Shown: positions 37,436-50,310 of the stretch, piece by piece
Layout: each line of letters opens with the position of its first letter
Numbering within the stretch: position 1 is the first letter of the stretch
Assembly (NCBI RefSeq): GCF_001194135.2
Contig: NC_068983.1
Location: 79,823,287-79,887,286 of the forward strand
Reading direction: 5' to 3'
Length of the DNA stretch: 64,000 bases
Source of the DNA: Octopus bimaculoides
Taxonomy: Eukaryota
Position numbers and translations under genes: made by a program
The notes under the pieces: generated by a model
Databases searched by the model: none
Told to the model about the DNA's origin: nothing
Seen by the model: only the letters and a program-made list of their open reading frames with translations

Positions 37436-38846
37436 TATTTTTCATAACATAAATAAATCTCGTCACATAAAAAGTGTGATTTTCTTTTTGCTTAAAGTTA
37501 TACTTATATCTTTTAATAGTTTATGTATTTCAAATGTCTCATAGCTATAAAACTATATTTTATGGCAATATTCTATTTGTGCCTCCCCTCTGTAGTTTGT
37601 AAAATTATTCATATAAATGTTTTTATTCAATTTCCTTTATTAATCATGGTTGTGTAGTTAGTTAAGAAGTTCATTTTGCAACCATGTCATTTTAATTCCA
37701 GTCCCACCACATGGTACTCAGGACAATTGTATTCTACTAAAGCTCTGGGCCAACAAATGCATGCTTTGTGAATGAGTTTGGTAGACAGAAACTACTGGAA
37801 ACCCATTCTGTGTCTATTTATGTTTGCCTTGTTACCACCTCCACTTGACAACCAACGGTTTGGCAAAGAAATATCATCAGAGTAAGTGCAAGACTTAAAA
37901 TAAGTACTGAGGTTGATCCAATCAACTAAAACTTCTTCAAGGCAGTGCCCCAACATGGCCACAGCCCAGTGACTGAAACACAAAGAATAAAAAGAAAATA
38001 GTTTATAAAAATGTAATCCTTTAAACATCAATAAATTCAAATCTACCTCTATTAAAATCTTCAAATTTTAATTCATATCTTGAGCTAAAATCTTGTCATT
38101 GAAGGAAAGATATGAGATTTTAATAAGTAAATATTTGTCTCTCAATTGGAAGATTATTTATAGTTATTCACTAAACCTCTCATAATTCTTGATTGTTTTG
38201 AAAATTAAAATCCAAATGCATCATTATATGAAAATATATAGGGATTAAGCACCATTTGAATTGGAAAGCAAAATTACTCCAATGAACAAAATTTATCCGT
38301 TGAGACTAGACTGGGAATATAGAGAGATTACCGAGTTAATTTGAATTTGGATTGTACATTTTCAGGAATATTGTGAAACATTCTATCATAATTAATTAAA
38401 ATTTTATCTAATAATGACACTAATCTAATATTATAGCAGCAAAAATATTTACTAAATAAAACAGTTCCTCATTTTCCTGACTAATGTTTGTGTTATAAGA
38501 ATTCTTTTTTTTACTTTGTTTAGTTCAAATTACTTGTTTGTAATTGATTTGTAATAAATAAACATTCATTTAATGTTCTTTCTATCTGTGAATGATAAAA
38601 TGATACGGATATTGGTATTTCAAACTGTAACCTTTAGTTGGATGCTTTGAAGCAGTGTGTGTGTTCTTATGTAGATGCATATTTACTCTTTAGAGGAAAG
38701 TGTAATTACTACTGAAAGCTAATGCAGTTTGTTGTCATCATCAGCATAATTTCAACATCTCACTTTGCCATGTTTGCATGGGTCAGATGAAGTTTATTGC
38801 GGCAGATTTTCTACAGCTGGATGTCTTTACCTGTTTCCAAGCAAGG

Positions 38847-38886
<40 letters not shown>

Positions 38887-41429
38887 CTATTCCCGAGCGT
38901 TAAACTAATACATCCTTTTGTTGTTTACACCACCTGTCCTCGTCTGTTGTTTTTTTCGTAAATTCTCCCATATATATATATATGTATGTATACACACACA
39001 CACACACACACACACACAGACTTCTTTCATTTTCCATCTACCAAACCTACTCATCATAAGTCTTTGGTCAGTCTAGGGGCTATCATAGAAAACACTTTCC
39101 TAACCTATTGTGGGACTGAACCCATGATCATGCAGCTAGGAAGCAAAGTTCTTAAGCACACACCCACAGCTGCATCTGAATTAATAACTAGGTTGTAGGT
39201 ATGTTTATTATTATCAAACTAGTCTACTATGTTACTAATACAAGAAAAACTACTGGTGCTCTCTTTAACAGTTATTGGGTCGTAAACTAAAACTTTAAAT
39301 ATTTACTGTGTAGGTTCCACTGATTCCCTTTTAAGAATTGATCATTTGATTCACTAATATTTCCTCTATATGTGTGTGTGACCTTTAGAATACTAAATGG
39401 CTTCTGTTTTCATTATAATTATTTGTGTTTCAAGAAGAGCCATTGTATTCATTTGGGAGGTATTTAAGGGATGTAATTGCTTATGCATTTGATGGCCGCT
39501 TACAAAATAATTTGCCAATTTTACGCCTACATTGTTTTATATTATTTGGTTAATTTATGAAGAAGCCAAAATGTTCTTGGCTCTCTTAGGTTTTCTCTTC
39601 CTCAACAAATATGCTGTGTCTGGCATTTTATTTGTTCACTTTTTATATTTATTTGTTCTATATTTTCATTTTCTGTCCTTTTTCATTCCCTTTTTTCTTT
39701 AAGCATTTCTCTATTTCACTTTTTTTTATTTGTTATCTTTTTAACATTCCCCTCTGTACTGCTCCATTATTCTTTCTTATCCTTCTTGTTTATCATTATC
39801 TCCTTTTCTTCTCTATTAATCTTTCCTTTATTTCTTCTCTATCATCCTCATTCATTTCCACTCCCCTCATATTTTCCTCTTTCCGTCATTCCTCCTCTTC
39901 GACACACAGCATATATCTTAATGTGAGACAGTACTATGCATGCATGTGTGTGCCTATGTGTGTGTAATATTCCATTGAACTCCTCTCCTGTTTTCACTTT
40001 AATTATAATTCTATGTATATAATTGAGTTGGCTTTTGCCTGGTACTGCAGTTGTTCTAATAAACAGACTTGCACTTGTTGGCATTATGTTAAGAAGCACA
40101 CCATTATCTTCGTTAGCATGTTGCACAACAATAAAACATTTTTAATGAAGAAATGTTAATGATTAGCTGTTTTAAGTCTAATTTCAGATGAACTTGATGT
40201 TATAAATTGTAGAAAGGGGATGATTATAGAATACACCAATGTTCAATGCATTGTCTTCTTGCTGATTTCTGTTTGAAATGTTATTTTGATAATCTAATTT
40301 GTACACTGCTTCATACATTTCCTGTTCAATTGACTAAAACTGGTAGCTAAGCTCTTTCATTGTTAAGTAGATTATTGACTAAAATTCATAAAATTTCTGG
40401 ACTAAATAAATCAGATAGTTGAATCACAAGGATATGACACATCCATTACTTCAGCGTAGGTTTGAAATATTGCATTCAATTTATGGATTTATGAAATACT
40501 TGATATCCATATCCAATAAGTAAGTTTGCTCCACAAAGTAACAAAACATGAATTAATTTGATTTATTCCATAGATTATAAAATACGAAAAGCAAAACATT
40601 ATAGCTTTTTAATGGCTAATAGGCCAAAAAAAACAAACACACACACACATACATATTTATATATATATATATATATGCTAGTTTGTAATGTAGGTTTTAT
40701 TTTTTCATATTAAAAGGGTGTTTCAAATTTAATGTTTTTTTTTGTTTTGTTTTTTTCAATATTTATTAAATCTATTCCTAAACTGAGTTGCTTGTATCAA
40801 CAGCCTTTCAGTATAAATCAGTTCTAGTTTTCATAGATTTTTAATGTTTGATGTATTAGCTTAATGCATAACTTTTAAAATAATTTATGTTCAAACTGAT
40901 AGAATACCAAGTCATCATTGTTGAGGCTAACTTATTATTTTCTCTGTTATCTTATTCTGTTGATAAACTAAGAAATGTGGGGCTTATATATCTTACTTCA
41001 CTAATGAATCTTTCAGCATAAATTTCAAGACAAATGATTTAAAATCAATTTGGCAGCCTTCATTTGCTTATCTTCTACAAAAATCTCATGTTTGAAGAAG
41101 TGAATTCACCAAATTTTACATTATTTGATTGTGTAGTCTCACCATAATGTTAAAAAATATATAAAAAGAAGTTTTTTTTTCTGCCTTATATTCCAAAGTA
41201 GTTTTTATTTCTTTGGCTGCTATTACAGCATCTGGAAAACTTCAAGTTATGATCAATGATTGCATTAAGACTTCTTTTTAACCACTTCAATGATATGACC
41301 CTATGTTTAAGAAGTTGATAGTTTCAACTCTAAATGTTAGCATAAATCACAGAAGTCAGACTGTATGAAGAATACATAAGAACTGTGATATTTCACAGAA
41401 ATAGCTTGACTTATTCATGTAATGTTGGG

Positions 41430-41700
41430 GGCAGTGAGAAATGAGTGAGGTAGATCTGTTGGAAAGCAACTTGCATGAAATGCAAAAGAAAAGTGATCCA
41501 AGTGAATGGTTAGGCACTAAAGGTATCAACCGATGTGTGCAGAAGAGGTTATTGTGCTTCTGTGGACATATGATGCAAATAGATGATACCTACTGGGTAG
41601 AAAGGCTTTATATATTGACAGCAGATGGTGTCAGTGACTGAGGAATTGTAATAAACATAGGAGAAGTGGTATGGCCTCAAAGTGGTATGGGACTTGCAAA
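41430..41700 (+). mobile_element. Decayed RTE-X-like LINE fragment
   Basis: LGTKGINRCVQKRLLCFCGHMMQIDDTYWV resembles the RTE motif LRWYGHVMRM and parallels 19800-20010. Confidence 0.5.
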
Positions 41701-42479
41701 CAAGATAATAAAAAATTGTTGCTGCTGAGACATGGGTCTGCCCTAAACAAACAAGCCTTATAATCAAAGGCATTCCAACTGCCACCATCCTATTTCTTTG
41801 TCTTTATTTTTGTATGCCTGTGACTGCTTCTTGTGATATGTCCCTTCCTCTTTAAGACAGTATTTGTGGGTAATGAGATTTGCTGCTATTTCTATCAAGC
41901 CAGGCAATCTTATAATGAATACTGATTATTAAATGGAGTGAATATATGAGCTACTACAGACCTGTCCAATTTATTCCATCAAAAAATGTAACATTACACT
42001 TATGCTAATTATTTATTTACATTAAATATTCTGTTTATTCAAATCATTGGAATTTGCCCGCAGGATCTCATCAGTTGTCTTTATTATCAAGAAGAAACAT
42101 GCAAGTGCTTTCTATGAACCATACTATGTCATTTATGGAAATAAAATATTAAATAAGATTTGGCACAAACACAGAGCCTTTTAGCATCTTTCCTTATATC
42201 TGTTAAATGGAAGTATCTACCATTAATACCGCCTCCTAATAAAATAATTACTAACTCACTTATGAATAAAACCTGTAGAAAATATGAATGTACAGAGATA
42301 ACAATAAATTAAGTATAGTTGTTTTCTTTTATTATCAATGTACCACAAGCAATGTAGACCTCTTCTAGTCCAAATGTTATGGTAATTCAAAATAATGAAA
42401 CAACACTTGCCCTTACAAAGTGTGGTAAGGTACATGTTTGACATAGACAGAAAGTCATGTATAGAAAAATTCCAAGTTT

Positions 42480-44039
42480 CAAAGCAAAAAAGAAAAATAT
42501 CAGACAAAATAATAAATACATGTAAAAACCTTACTCCACAAGGACTTACAATTGATATAATATATACTGACTACAGTAAAACATTTCATTTGGTCTCCAG
42601 CTATAATGTTTTATTAAATTGCTAGGTTTGAAGCAACCCTCAAACATAGCATATTAGCTATTCAGTACTTTTCAAAGCAGGATTTATGTAAATGTGTTGT
42701 AGAAAATGCTTTTACAGATGTTCATAATTGTAAAGTCAATTGTGTAATTTAGTATTGCAGGGCTTAGTGGTTAGGGTGTTCAGGTTACGATTGTAAGATA
42801 GTGAGTTCAATATCTAGCAGCAGGTTGTGTTCTTGAACAAGACACTTTATTTCACAGTGCTCATGTCCTCTCAACTGGCAAAAATAAATAATACCTATAT
42901 TTCAAAGGGCCGGCCTTGTCACATCCAGTGTCACACTGAATCTCTCCAAGAACTACATTAAGAGTACACATGTCTGTGCAGTGCTCAGCCTGTCACACAT
43001 TAATTTCATGACCAGGTAGTTTTGCTGATCAGATCAACTGGAACCCTCGATGTTGTAACCAACACAGTGACAGATTTTTAAAATATATTTTCTTGGATTT
43101 GAAGTTCCTTTGCAATGTCACATGTGGTGCGAGTGGGTAATTTCACTGAGGTAAAAACAAAAAATACTTGGTATAAAAAACTGGCAGAAAATAGAATATG
43201 ATAAATTGATTTATCATCCAGATTAAACATGTCTTATAATTTAAAGACATCTGAAATATGGGTGAACAGATGACCACTTTTGTTCTGTGATGCTGTTCTA
43301 CTGGATTACATGGGGTAATAATTTTTTTTTTTTTTGTCTTTAGTCAGTAAGTGTTATTTTCTCTTTACTTTTGTCTATTCCCTTCAAGCTTTGCTTTTGT
43401 GACTTGGACATAAATGTTTTGAAACTGACTTATTTTCCATTACATCTCAGACAGATTCAGCACTGAGTTGCTGAAGCAAAAATATCGTTATAACAAGTCC
43501 CTTAGTGGCTGACAATATGTGCATCTCTGATCACGAGCAGGAGTAGTTGGGGAGCATTATAGCCATGTGTTGAAAGGGATTCTTTGTGGTTTGAAAAAAT
43601 GTAACAAAAATAAAGTTTGAAGGAAATATATTTGCCATTTTTCATACTTTCACGGGGTAAGCAAATAGAAAATAACTGTTGCTACCCAAAGACAGAAATC
43701 GTATTACACAATGTTATGATAGAAAAGAAAATTAAGCAAATGTTTGCCATTATCTTATTGTGGTGGGGTAGAAACAGCTACAAGGTAAAGAGTTTTGAAT
43801 TCCACATTATATATACAAAAGATCTGTGATTTGCCTAAATCCTGAAAAGTACTGAATAGCTAATATGCTATAAGTTTGAGGGTTGCTTCAAACCTAGCAA
43901 TTTAATAAAACAATATAGTGGGAGACCAAATGAAATGTTTTGCTGTAGTCAGTATATATTATATCAATTGTAAGTCCTTGTGGAGTAAGGCTTTTACATG
44001 TATTTATTATTTTGTCTGATATTTTTCTTTTTTGCTTTG
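42480..44039. repeat. Inverted duplication of about 205 bp (42480-42686 / 43836-44039) of a CR1-like RT fragment
   Basis: Arms about 95% identical by eye; both encode IDIIYTDYSKTFHLVS, resembling the CR1/jockey RT motif DVIYTDFSKAFDKV. Confidence 0.85.
42760..43072 (+). mobile_element. SINE family B copy, inside the spacer of the inverted duplication
   Basis: GGCTTAGTGGTTAGGGT..GAGTTCAAT..GACACTTTATTTCACAGTGCTC..GTGTCACACTGAAT..GATCAACTGGAACCCTCGATG. Confidence 0.75.
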
Positions 44040-44914
44040 CTATTTTTACATGACAGTATTGTTTATTTACATAAACACTGTAGAGCCAATAACAACAAAT
44101 AAGGATGCTTATTTGGAAAGAAAATATTGGCTGGAATTCAGTTAAACAAATAATATCGAATTGCAAAGAAGAATTTTTTTTAATATATATGCACTGACTA
44201 CAACCCATTTTTAATGTCAATTAAGTATTGTTTAGATCAATTTACATTCTTCTATGGGGAGTAATAATACAAACCTAGACAATAATATATGTGTATGTTC
44301 TCCAAGGAAGCTGCATATCTCTGTCTCTCTTTCCCTCTGTCTGTTTGTTTCTTTCTCTCTCTCATCCCCAATCTCTCTTTCCCCCCACTCTCTTTCTCTC
44401 TCTCTCCCTATTCTTTCTTTCCCCCACTATTTCTCCCCTTCCATTCTCTCTCTCTCCCCCCAACTTTCTCTCTTCCCTGTCTGATATATTGAAATTATTT
44501 CTGGTAATAGATTCTTTGAGACTATCTCAATTGGCAGAGCATGAGACTTAGTAATTGAAATAGCCTCTGTTTAGTCTCCATCATATTACCAATGAACAAC
44601 AGTTATATTCCTGATACTTATCTTCAACAAAAACTTTTATATATATATATATATATATATATANNNNNNNNNNNNNNNNNNNNNNNNNNNNNNNNNNNNN
44701 NNNNNNNNNNNNNNNNNNNNNNNNNNNNNNNNNNNNNNNNNNNNNNNNNNNNNNNNNNNNNNNNNNNNNNNNNNNNNNNNNNNNNNNNNNNNNNNNNNNN
44801 NNNNNNNNNNNNNNNNNNNNNNNNNNNNNNNNNNNNNNNNNNNNNNNNNNNNNNNNNNNNNNNNNNNNNNNNNNNNNNNNNNNNNNNNNNNNNNNNNNNN
44901 NNNNNNNNNNNNNN

Positions 44915-44959
<45 letters not shown>

Positions 44960-45656
44960 CTACATTCACCCTGAGTGTATGTACACTGAGTTAAAAGGAA
45001 CAGCAATTAGATTTCAAAGATTACTTTTCTTCCACATATTTACTAACTGTCCCCAGAAGTGCCAAAGAATGCTATACTAATATCAACAACAGTGTATATT
45101 TTGTTCTGTTTACCAAAACACAGATGCACTGTCCAGTCAAATTTGGAGCAAATACAGAATTAACTATAGTTTTATTCACAAATATATCAAAAACAAGCAA
45201 ATAAACAAAAAGTAAATACTCTCATTAAGTAATTAATGCCATGTATGGTAATCAAGGGCTGTGTAGCATGTCAGGCCTATTATTAAATGTTATAAAGGCA
45301 AAGGTGAGATACAAGAGTGGAATAAGTTATAAAAGTAGACGTAAATTAAGAGGCCAAGAGATAGAAATGGTAGAGAAGGTCATATCAAGAGCCAGTGTGA
45401 GATAAAATAATTAATAGCAACATACTTTGGAAACGGGATATAGGAATACAGATTATTAGGGTGGGGAGACTGAGAAGAAACCTGGTTACTGACACGATGT
45501 AGATTATGAATTATTATGTGGTATTATGTCAACCTATTTAATATAATAGATAATAGTTAATTTAGTTGGCCATGGTGCATTAAGTCCCATCATTTTTTTC
45601 AATTTTCAATTAGGCAAAGCAAACCTATTTCATTGCTGTAATTATTATTATCTGTA

Positions 45657-46665
45657 TGAAGGTGGTGAGCTAGCAGAATCATGAGCATGCTGGACAAAAT
45701 GCTTAGCAGCATTTTCTCCACCATTATATTCTGAGTTCAAATTCCATCATTTTATTTTCATCATTTTATTTTCAATAAAGTTGAGCACTGGGGTCGATGT
45801 AACCAATGTAAACTAGCCCCCTCCATCAGAACTTCAAGCTTGGTGCCTGTAGTAAAAAGAATTATCATTGTAAAGGCAGCATGCTGACAGACTTCTTGGC
45901 ATGCTGGACAAAATGCTTAGCAGCATTTCTTTTGGCTTCAATTATAGGAGTTCAAATTCTCCAAGGTCAGCTTTTCTTTTCATACTTTTGAGATCATTAA
46001 AAGAAGTACCAGTTGAACACTGGGATCCATGTAATTAAGTAGCCCTTTTGTTCAAAATTCCAGGCCTTACGCCTATAGTAGAAAGATTTATTATTATCGT
46101 TGTTATTTATTTTTACTGTTACTTTTGCTGAGGTGGTGGATTGGCAGAATTGTTAGAACCTTGAAGAAAATATGTACCTTGCTGTATTTCTTCTGATTCT
46201 ATACATTTTAGGTTCAAATTCTACGAAAGTCAGCTTTACTTTTCATCTTTTCAGAGTTGATAGAATAATGTATCAATCTATAACAGTGGCAAAATTGCTA
46301 GAACACTGGACAAAATGTCTTGTGGTATATGTTCCAGCTCTTTATTTTTCAACTCTGCCTGTGATAGCTGCAGTGAATATACATGTGATCACAATATAGT
46401 GAATGACTCCAGTTCATAATATTTCAAATTTAGTATTTATTTTGTATAACTATAATTGGTTTCAAATTTCGGCACAAGGCCAGCAATTCCAGGGGAGGGG
46501 GTTAAGTCAATTGCATCAACCCCAGTGTTCAACTGGTAATTATTTTATCGGCCCTGAAAGGCAAAGTCAACCTCAATGGAATTTGAACTCAGAATACAAA
46601 GACAGACAAAATGCCACTAAGCATTTTGCTTGGCATGCTAACAATTCTGTCAGCTTCCTGCCTTT
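45657..46665 (+). mobile_element. Cluster of SINE-A copies (3-4 on plus, one on minus at about 46460-46665)
   Basis: Repeated SINE-A heads and bodies separated by short ATT tracts. Confidence 0.75.
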
Positions 46666-47072
46666 GTATAACTATAATTAATGAATAGAAATTGCTACAG
46701 CTACATTGACTACAATACTATGTAATAAATGTAGTCTACTGTTGCCACACTCGAAGTGAAGTATTTGTTTTTGATCCCCCAAATTAGCTTGTTATGAAGG
46801 CCTCATTTTCTTTAAATTGTCACTTTGATTACTTTGAGATCACATCATATGAAGGTATAAATGCTTGCAGTTTGAGTCATTTGATTGTTTGTGTCATCCC
46901 ATAGATAATGCAGTTTTCTCAATTGCATGAACTAAAAGTTAGAGGCAGGGTGGGATAAATTACCTGCATCAACTTGCTATTAAAGCAGGTAGTAATTTTA
47001 CCTTGACTTTATTCTTAGTGGCAGTTTTGAAAAGTGAAGTTCAATTTTAACAATTGTTTTTTCAAAGCTATA

Positions 47073-48381
47073 ATGGAAGTGACAAAGGAGCATATTCAGC
47101 ATACAGTAATCCCTCGACTATCACATGTGTTACGTTCCAAAACGCCCCCAATAGATGAAAATCCGCGAAGTAGAAACAGTACTGTGCTTTATATTTATAT
47201 ATTTTTTAATTATTTCTATAATTTGTATATATTTATTTTATTATAAATGCAAAACAGCACCACGGAGGAATTGACATAAGCTTAAATAATAAACCGCAAT
47301 AGGTGAACCATGATATGGCAAGGGATTACTGTATTTTGCTTTATGAGTTCAATAAAGGCAACAACACAACAGAAAGTCTGAGGAATATTAATGCGGTATA
47401 TGGGGATCAGACAATAAGTGTAAGCCAGTGTTAATGGTAGTTCCAGAAATTCTGAGCCGGAAACTACAGCCTAGAAGACAATACTCATCCTGGAAGATCT
47501 GTAGAGCTTGATGAAGGCATCCTGAAAACCCTAGTGGGACAAAATTCCATTGTAACTGTTGAGGAACTAGCAAAGAAGCTTGGATTTAGTCAGTCAAACA
47601 TTCATTGGCACTTGTGTTCCATCAGAAAAGTCAGCAAATTGGGTCAAAGGGTTCCTCACAAACTTTTTGAGTTTAATCACATGCAGAGAGTGAATGTGCT
47701 CTTCTTTGCTGTAATGTCTCACAAATGAACCTTTTTTGGACCAAATAGTGACCGGTGATGAGAAATGGGTTCTCTATAAAAATGTCAAGCACTGAATACC
47801 GTGGATGGGGAAATGAAAAACACCAGCACCCCAGGGTAAAGAAGGTCTTCACTCACATAAGGTGTTGTTATCTGTTTGGTAGGATATGAAAGGTTTAGTC
47901 CACTTTGAACTTTTAAACCCAAATCAAACAATAACAAAGGAGATCNNNNNNNNNNAGTCCACTTTGAACTTTTAAACCCAAATCAAACAATAACAAAGGA
48001 GATCTACTGTGAGCAGCTTAAGTCAACACTAGAAGAAAAACAACCATCTTTGGGGTTTCAAGACGAAAGGGTGTTCTTCCATCAGGATAATGCTCAGCTA
48101 CATACAGCAAGGATGACATTCCAAAGGCTGGAACAGTTTGAATGGGAAACGATGCCCCACGCACCATATTCGCTGGACATTGCCTCATCTGATTATCATT
48201 TATTCTGCAATCTTCAAAATCATTTGGACAGAAAAAAATGAATTCTGTAGACGAGATCAGAACAGTACTGGAGGAGTATTTTTCATCACAGACAAGTGAA
48301 TTTTGGAAGAGGGGCCTTGCAAGTCTACCAGATAGATGGAAGAGCATTGTAAAAGATGAAGGAGAGTATATTTTAGATTAA
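47073..48381 (+). pseudogene. Mariner transposase pseudogene (Mos1/Hsmar1-like), with stops, frameshifts and a MITE insertion
   Basis: MEVTKEHIQH|ILLYEFNKGNN..VTVEELAKKLG..VTGDEKWVLYKN..FHQDNA..YSLDIASSDYHLF..GEYILD*. There are 34 residues between the 2nd and 3rd catalytic Asp. Confidence 0.9.
47104..47331. mobile_element. Tigger/pogo-like MITE nested in the mariner ORF
   Basis: TIRs CAGTAATCCCT / AGGGATTACTG with a TA duplication (47102-03, 47332-33); removing it restores the frame HIQH-ILLYEF. Confidence 0.85.
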
Positions 48382-49689
48382 AAAAAGAACTTTGTTTATA
48401 TTAATTTTGAAAAATTAAAGAAGTATAAAAAAACCACATTATTTACGGGATGAACCAATATATAATAGATATGTAAAGGTATGGCACAATGACCCGATTG
48501 TGTCATGCCATGAATGTAATAATGCAAAAGAAACAAACTGAAATATTGCTTTAAATTATCAAATGTATGAAACACTATGTTTGGTATATCACATGTAATA
48601 ACCATTTGTTTTGCTTCCTAATGATTTATTGCTGTTATATCTTCTTAGCTGCAATGACAGGAAATTTCAGGTGAAGATACATGATCAACCCTGACCAACA
48701 GAGGCTTTAGAAATAGATGCATATGTGTTTATGGTTTTAGTTTAAGGGAAGTGACTATACCCATGAACTTCATAGGCCCACTGAGACTTGTCATGTCACC
48801 AACAACTGGCTCTTTAGATTACTTAATTCTTTAGATTACTTTATTAGTTATTTCTATCTGGATTTTTATGACCCCCATCCCACAACAGGGTGTTGCAGTT
48901 AGTCATCTTCATCATTGTCATTTAATAGCCATGTGTCATGCTTGTATGAGTTGGACAGTTTGACAGGATCCTGAAAACTGCGCTGTGTCCCTATGTCTAC
49001 TTTGGCAAGGTTTTTACAGCTGGCTGCTCTTCCCAATACCAACCATGTTACAGCATGTACTTTTTTTTTTTTGTGTTACTACCAGTAGAAAGGGAAACAG
49101 CTTTATGTTATGGGATGAGGAGTTGAAGTGTGAGAGAAAGAGCAAGAACAGAACATGTCCCTTGTTGTAGAGGAGTTACATGACTACTCATATTATAGAA
49201 AAGGATATGGTTGTGGATGGGATGGAACATGAAAGAGATAAAGACAGTATTGATGAGGTGTCAGGGTGGACACTCAAAATATAAGGTGAGGAGAAGTGAG
49301 TGCAGATAAGAGAACAAGAACTGTAATGGGATAAGAAGTTGCAAGAGTGTATAAAGAGTGAGAGATCATTAGAGATACGCAATGGATAAGAAGATGAATA
49401 TATCAAAGAACATGTGTTGAGGGATGATAAATTGGGAAGGGAGGTAAAAAGGAAGAAAAGATAACAACTGTAAAAATTAGGTAGGGTTGAAAAGTGACCA
49501 TTAATACAGAAGCTGAAGGGAAGTAGAGGAGCAGCAAAATACTAACAATAATAATGTTGATATTGTAGATAGAGGAAGAATGAGAGAGGATTGGAGAAGG
49601 GAAGAGGAAGAGGAGAGAGGTGACATATGGTTGTTTAGATTGTAAGAGTGTGAGGAAGACATACTGAATGAGCTGAAAAAATTTGTACT

Positions 49690-50310
49690 TTGTCATCAAG
49701 CACACTTGCATATTGCACATCCATCAGAGCCCTCATTTCTTTCCAGTCATTACAAGTCTTCTACATTCAACACTCATGTCTCACTATCATGCATTATCTC
49801 AGTTCAAACACAAGCATCATACAATCTGCCTCTCATTCTGAGGAAAAAGCCTTGTTGTCAGCAGTTGTTGTCAGAAGCTCCTGGAACTTTTCCCAATCTG
49901 CTCTTTATCTGGCCGCTATACTTTCAGAATAACCACCTCCTTTACTAATCAGACCTACAAGGTAACAGAAGTGTTCGACTACTTCTAGTGAGCCAGCCAA
50001 GTATTAAAGAGAATCTATTACCAATGTTTTTAATATGCTTACTGCTCCTGTGCATTTGTCACATCTAAGTTTACTTTCTCTGTTTGTCAGCCTTTTATTC
50101 CACTACATTCTCATGCATCCATAGCTTACAATGGGTACAACATAAACAAATGTTTTTATACCTACTCCTTCTGTGCATACCAAAGTAAGTCATTTGTCAG
50201 ATGATACCAGGGTCCTATCTTCTGTCCTACTTATTAAAACTTTAAATCTTTTCTAAGTTTACCTTGAAGCATCTCAACTCTAGGTTTAGCTTCGCTGCCT
50301 GGAATTTCAT
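49690..50310 (-). mobile_element. RTE-X-like LINE fragment (Cys-rich insert + RT C-terminal region), decayed
   Basis: Frameshifted minus translation GVG..CTHCKLWMHE..GIK.LTNRESKLRCDKCTG..LEVVEHFCYL..GGYSESIAAR..RLYDACV.TEIMHDSET. Confidence 0.7.

Larger units (their letters stand above)
46888..48458 (+). mobile_element. Near full-length mariner (DD34D) DNA transposon, inactive
   Basis: Imperfect TIRs TCATCCCATAGATAATGCAGTTTT (left) and AAAACCACATTATTTACGGGATGA (right); transposase pseudogene inside. Confidence 0.85.

Noticed and set aside
36985-40290. Putative mini-gene MIKTE|DELDVINCRKG.. joining a donor near 37015 to an acceptor at 40188
   Set aside because: Phase match has a 1-in-3 chance, the product is only about 35 aa, and there is no homology support.
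47897-48004. 49-bp direct repeat flanking a 10-N gap inside the mariner
   Set aside because: Identical sequence on both sides of a minimal gap is the typical signature of an unmerged contig overlap, not a biological duplication.
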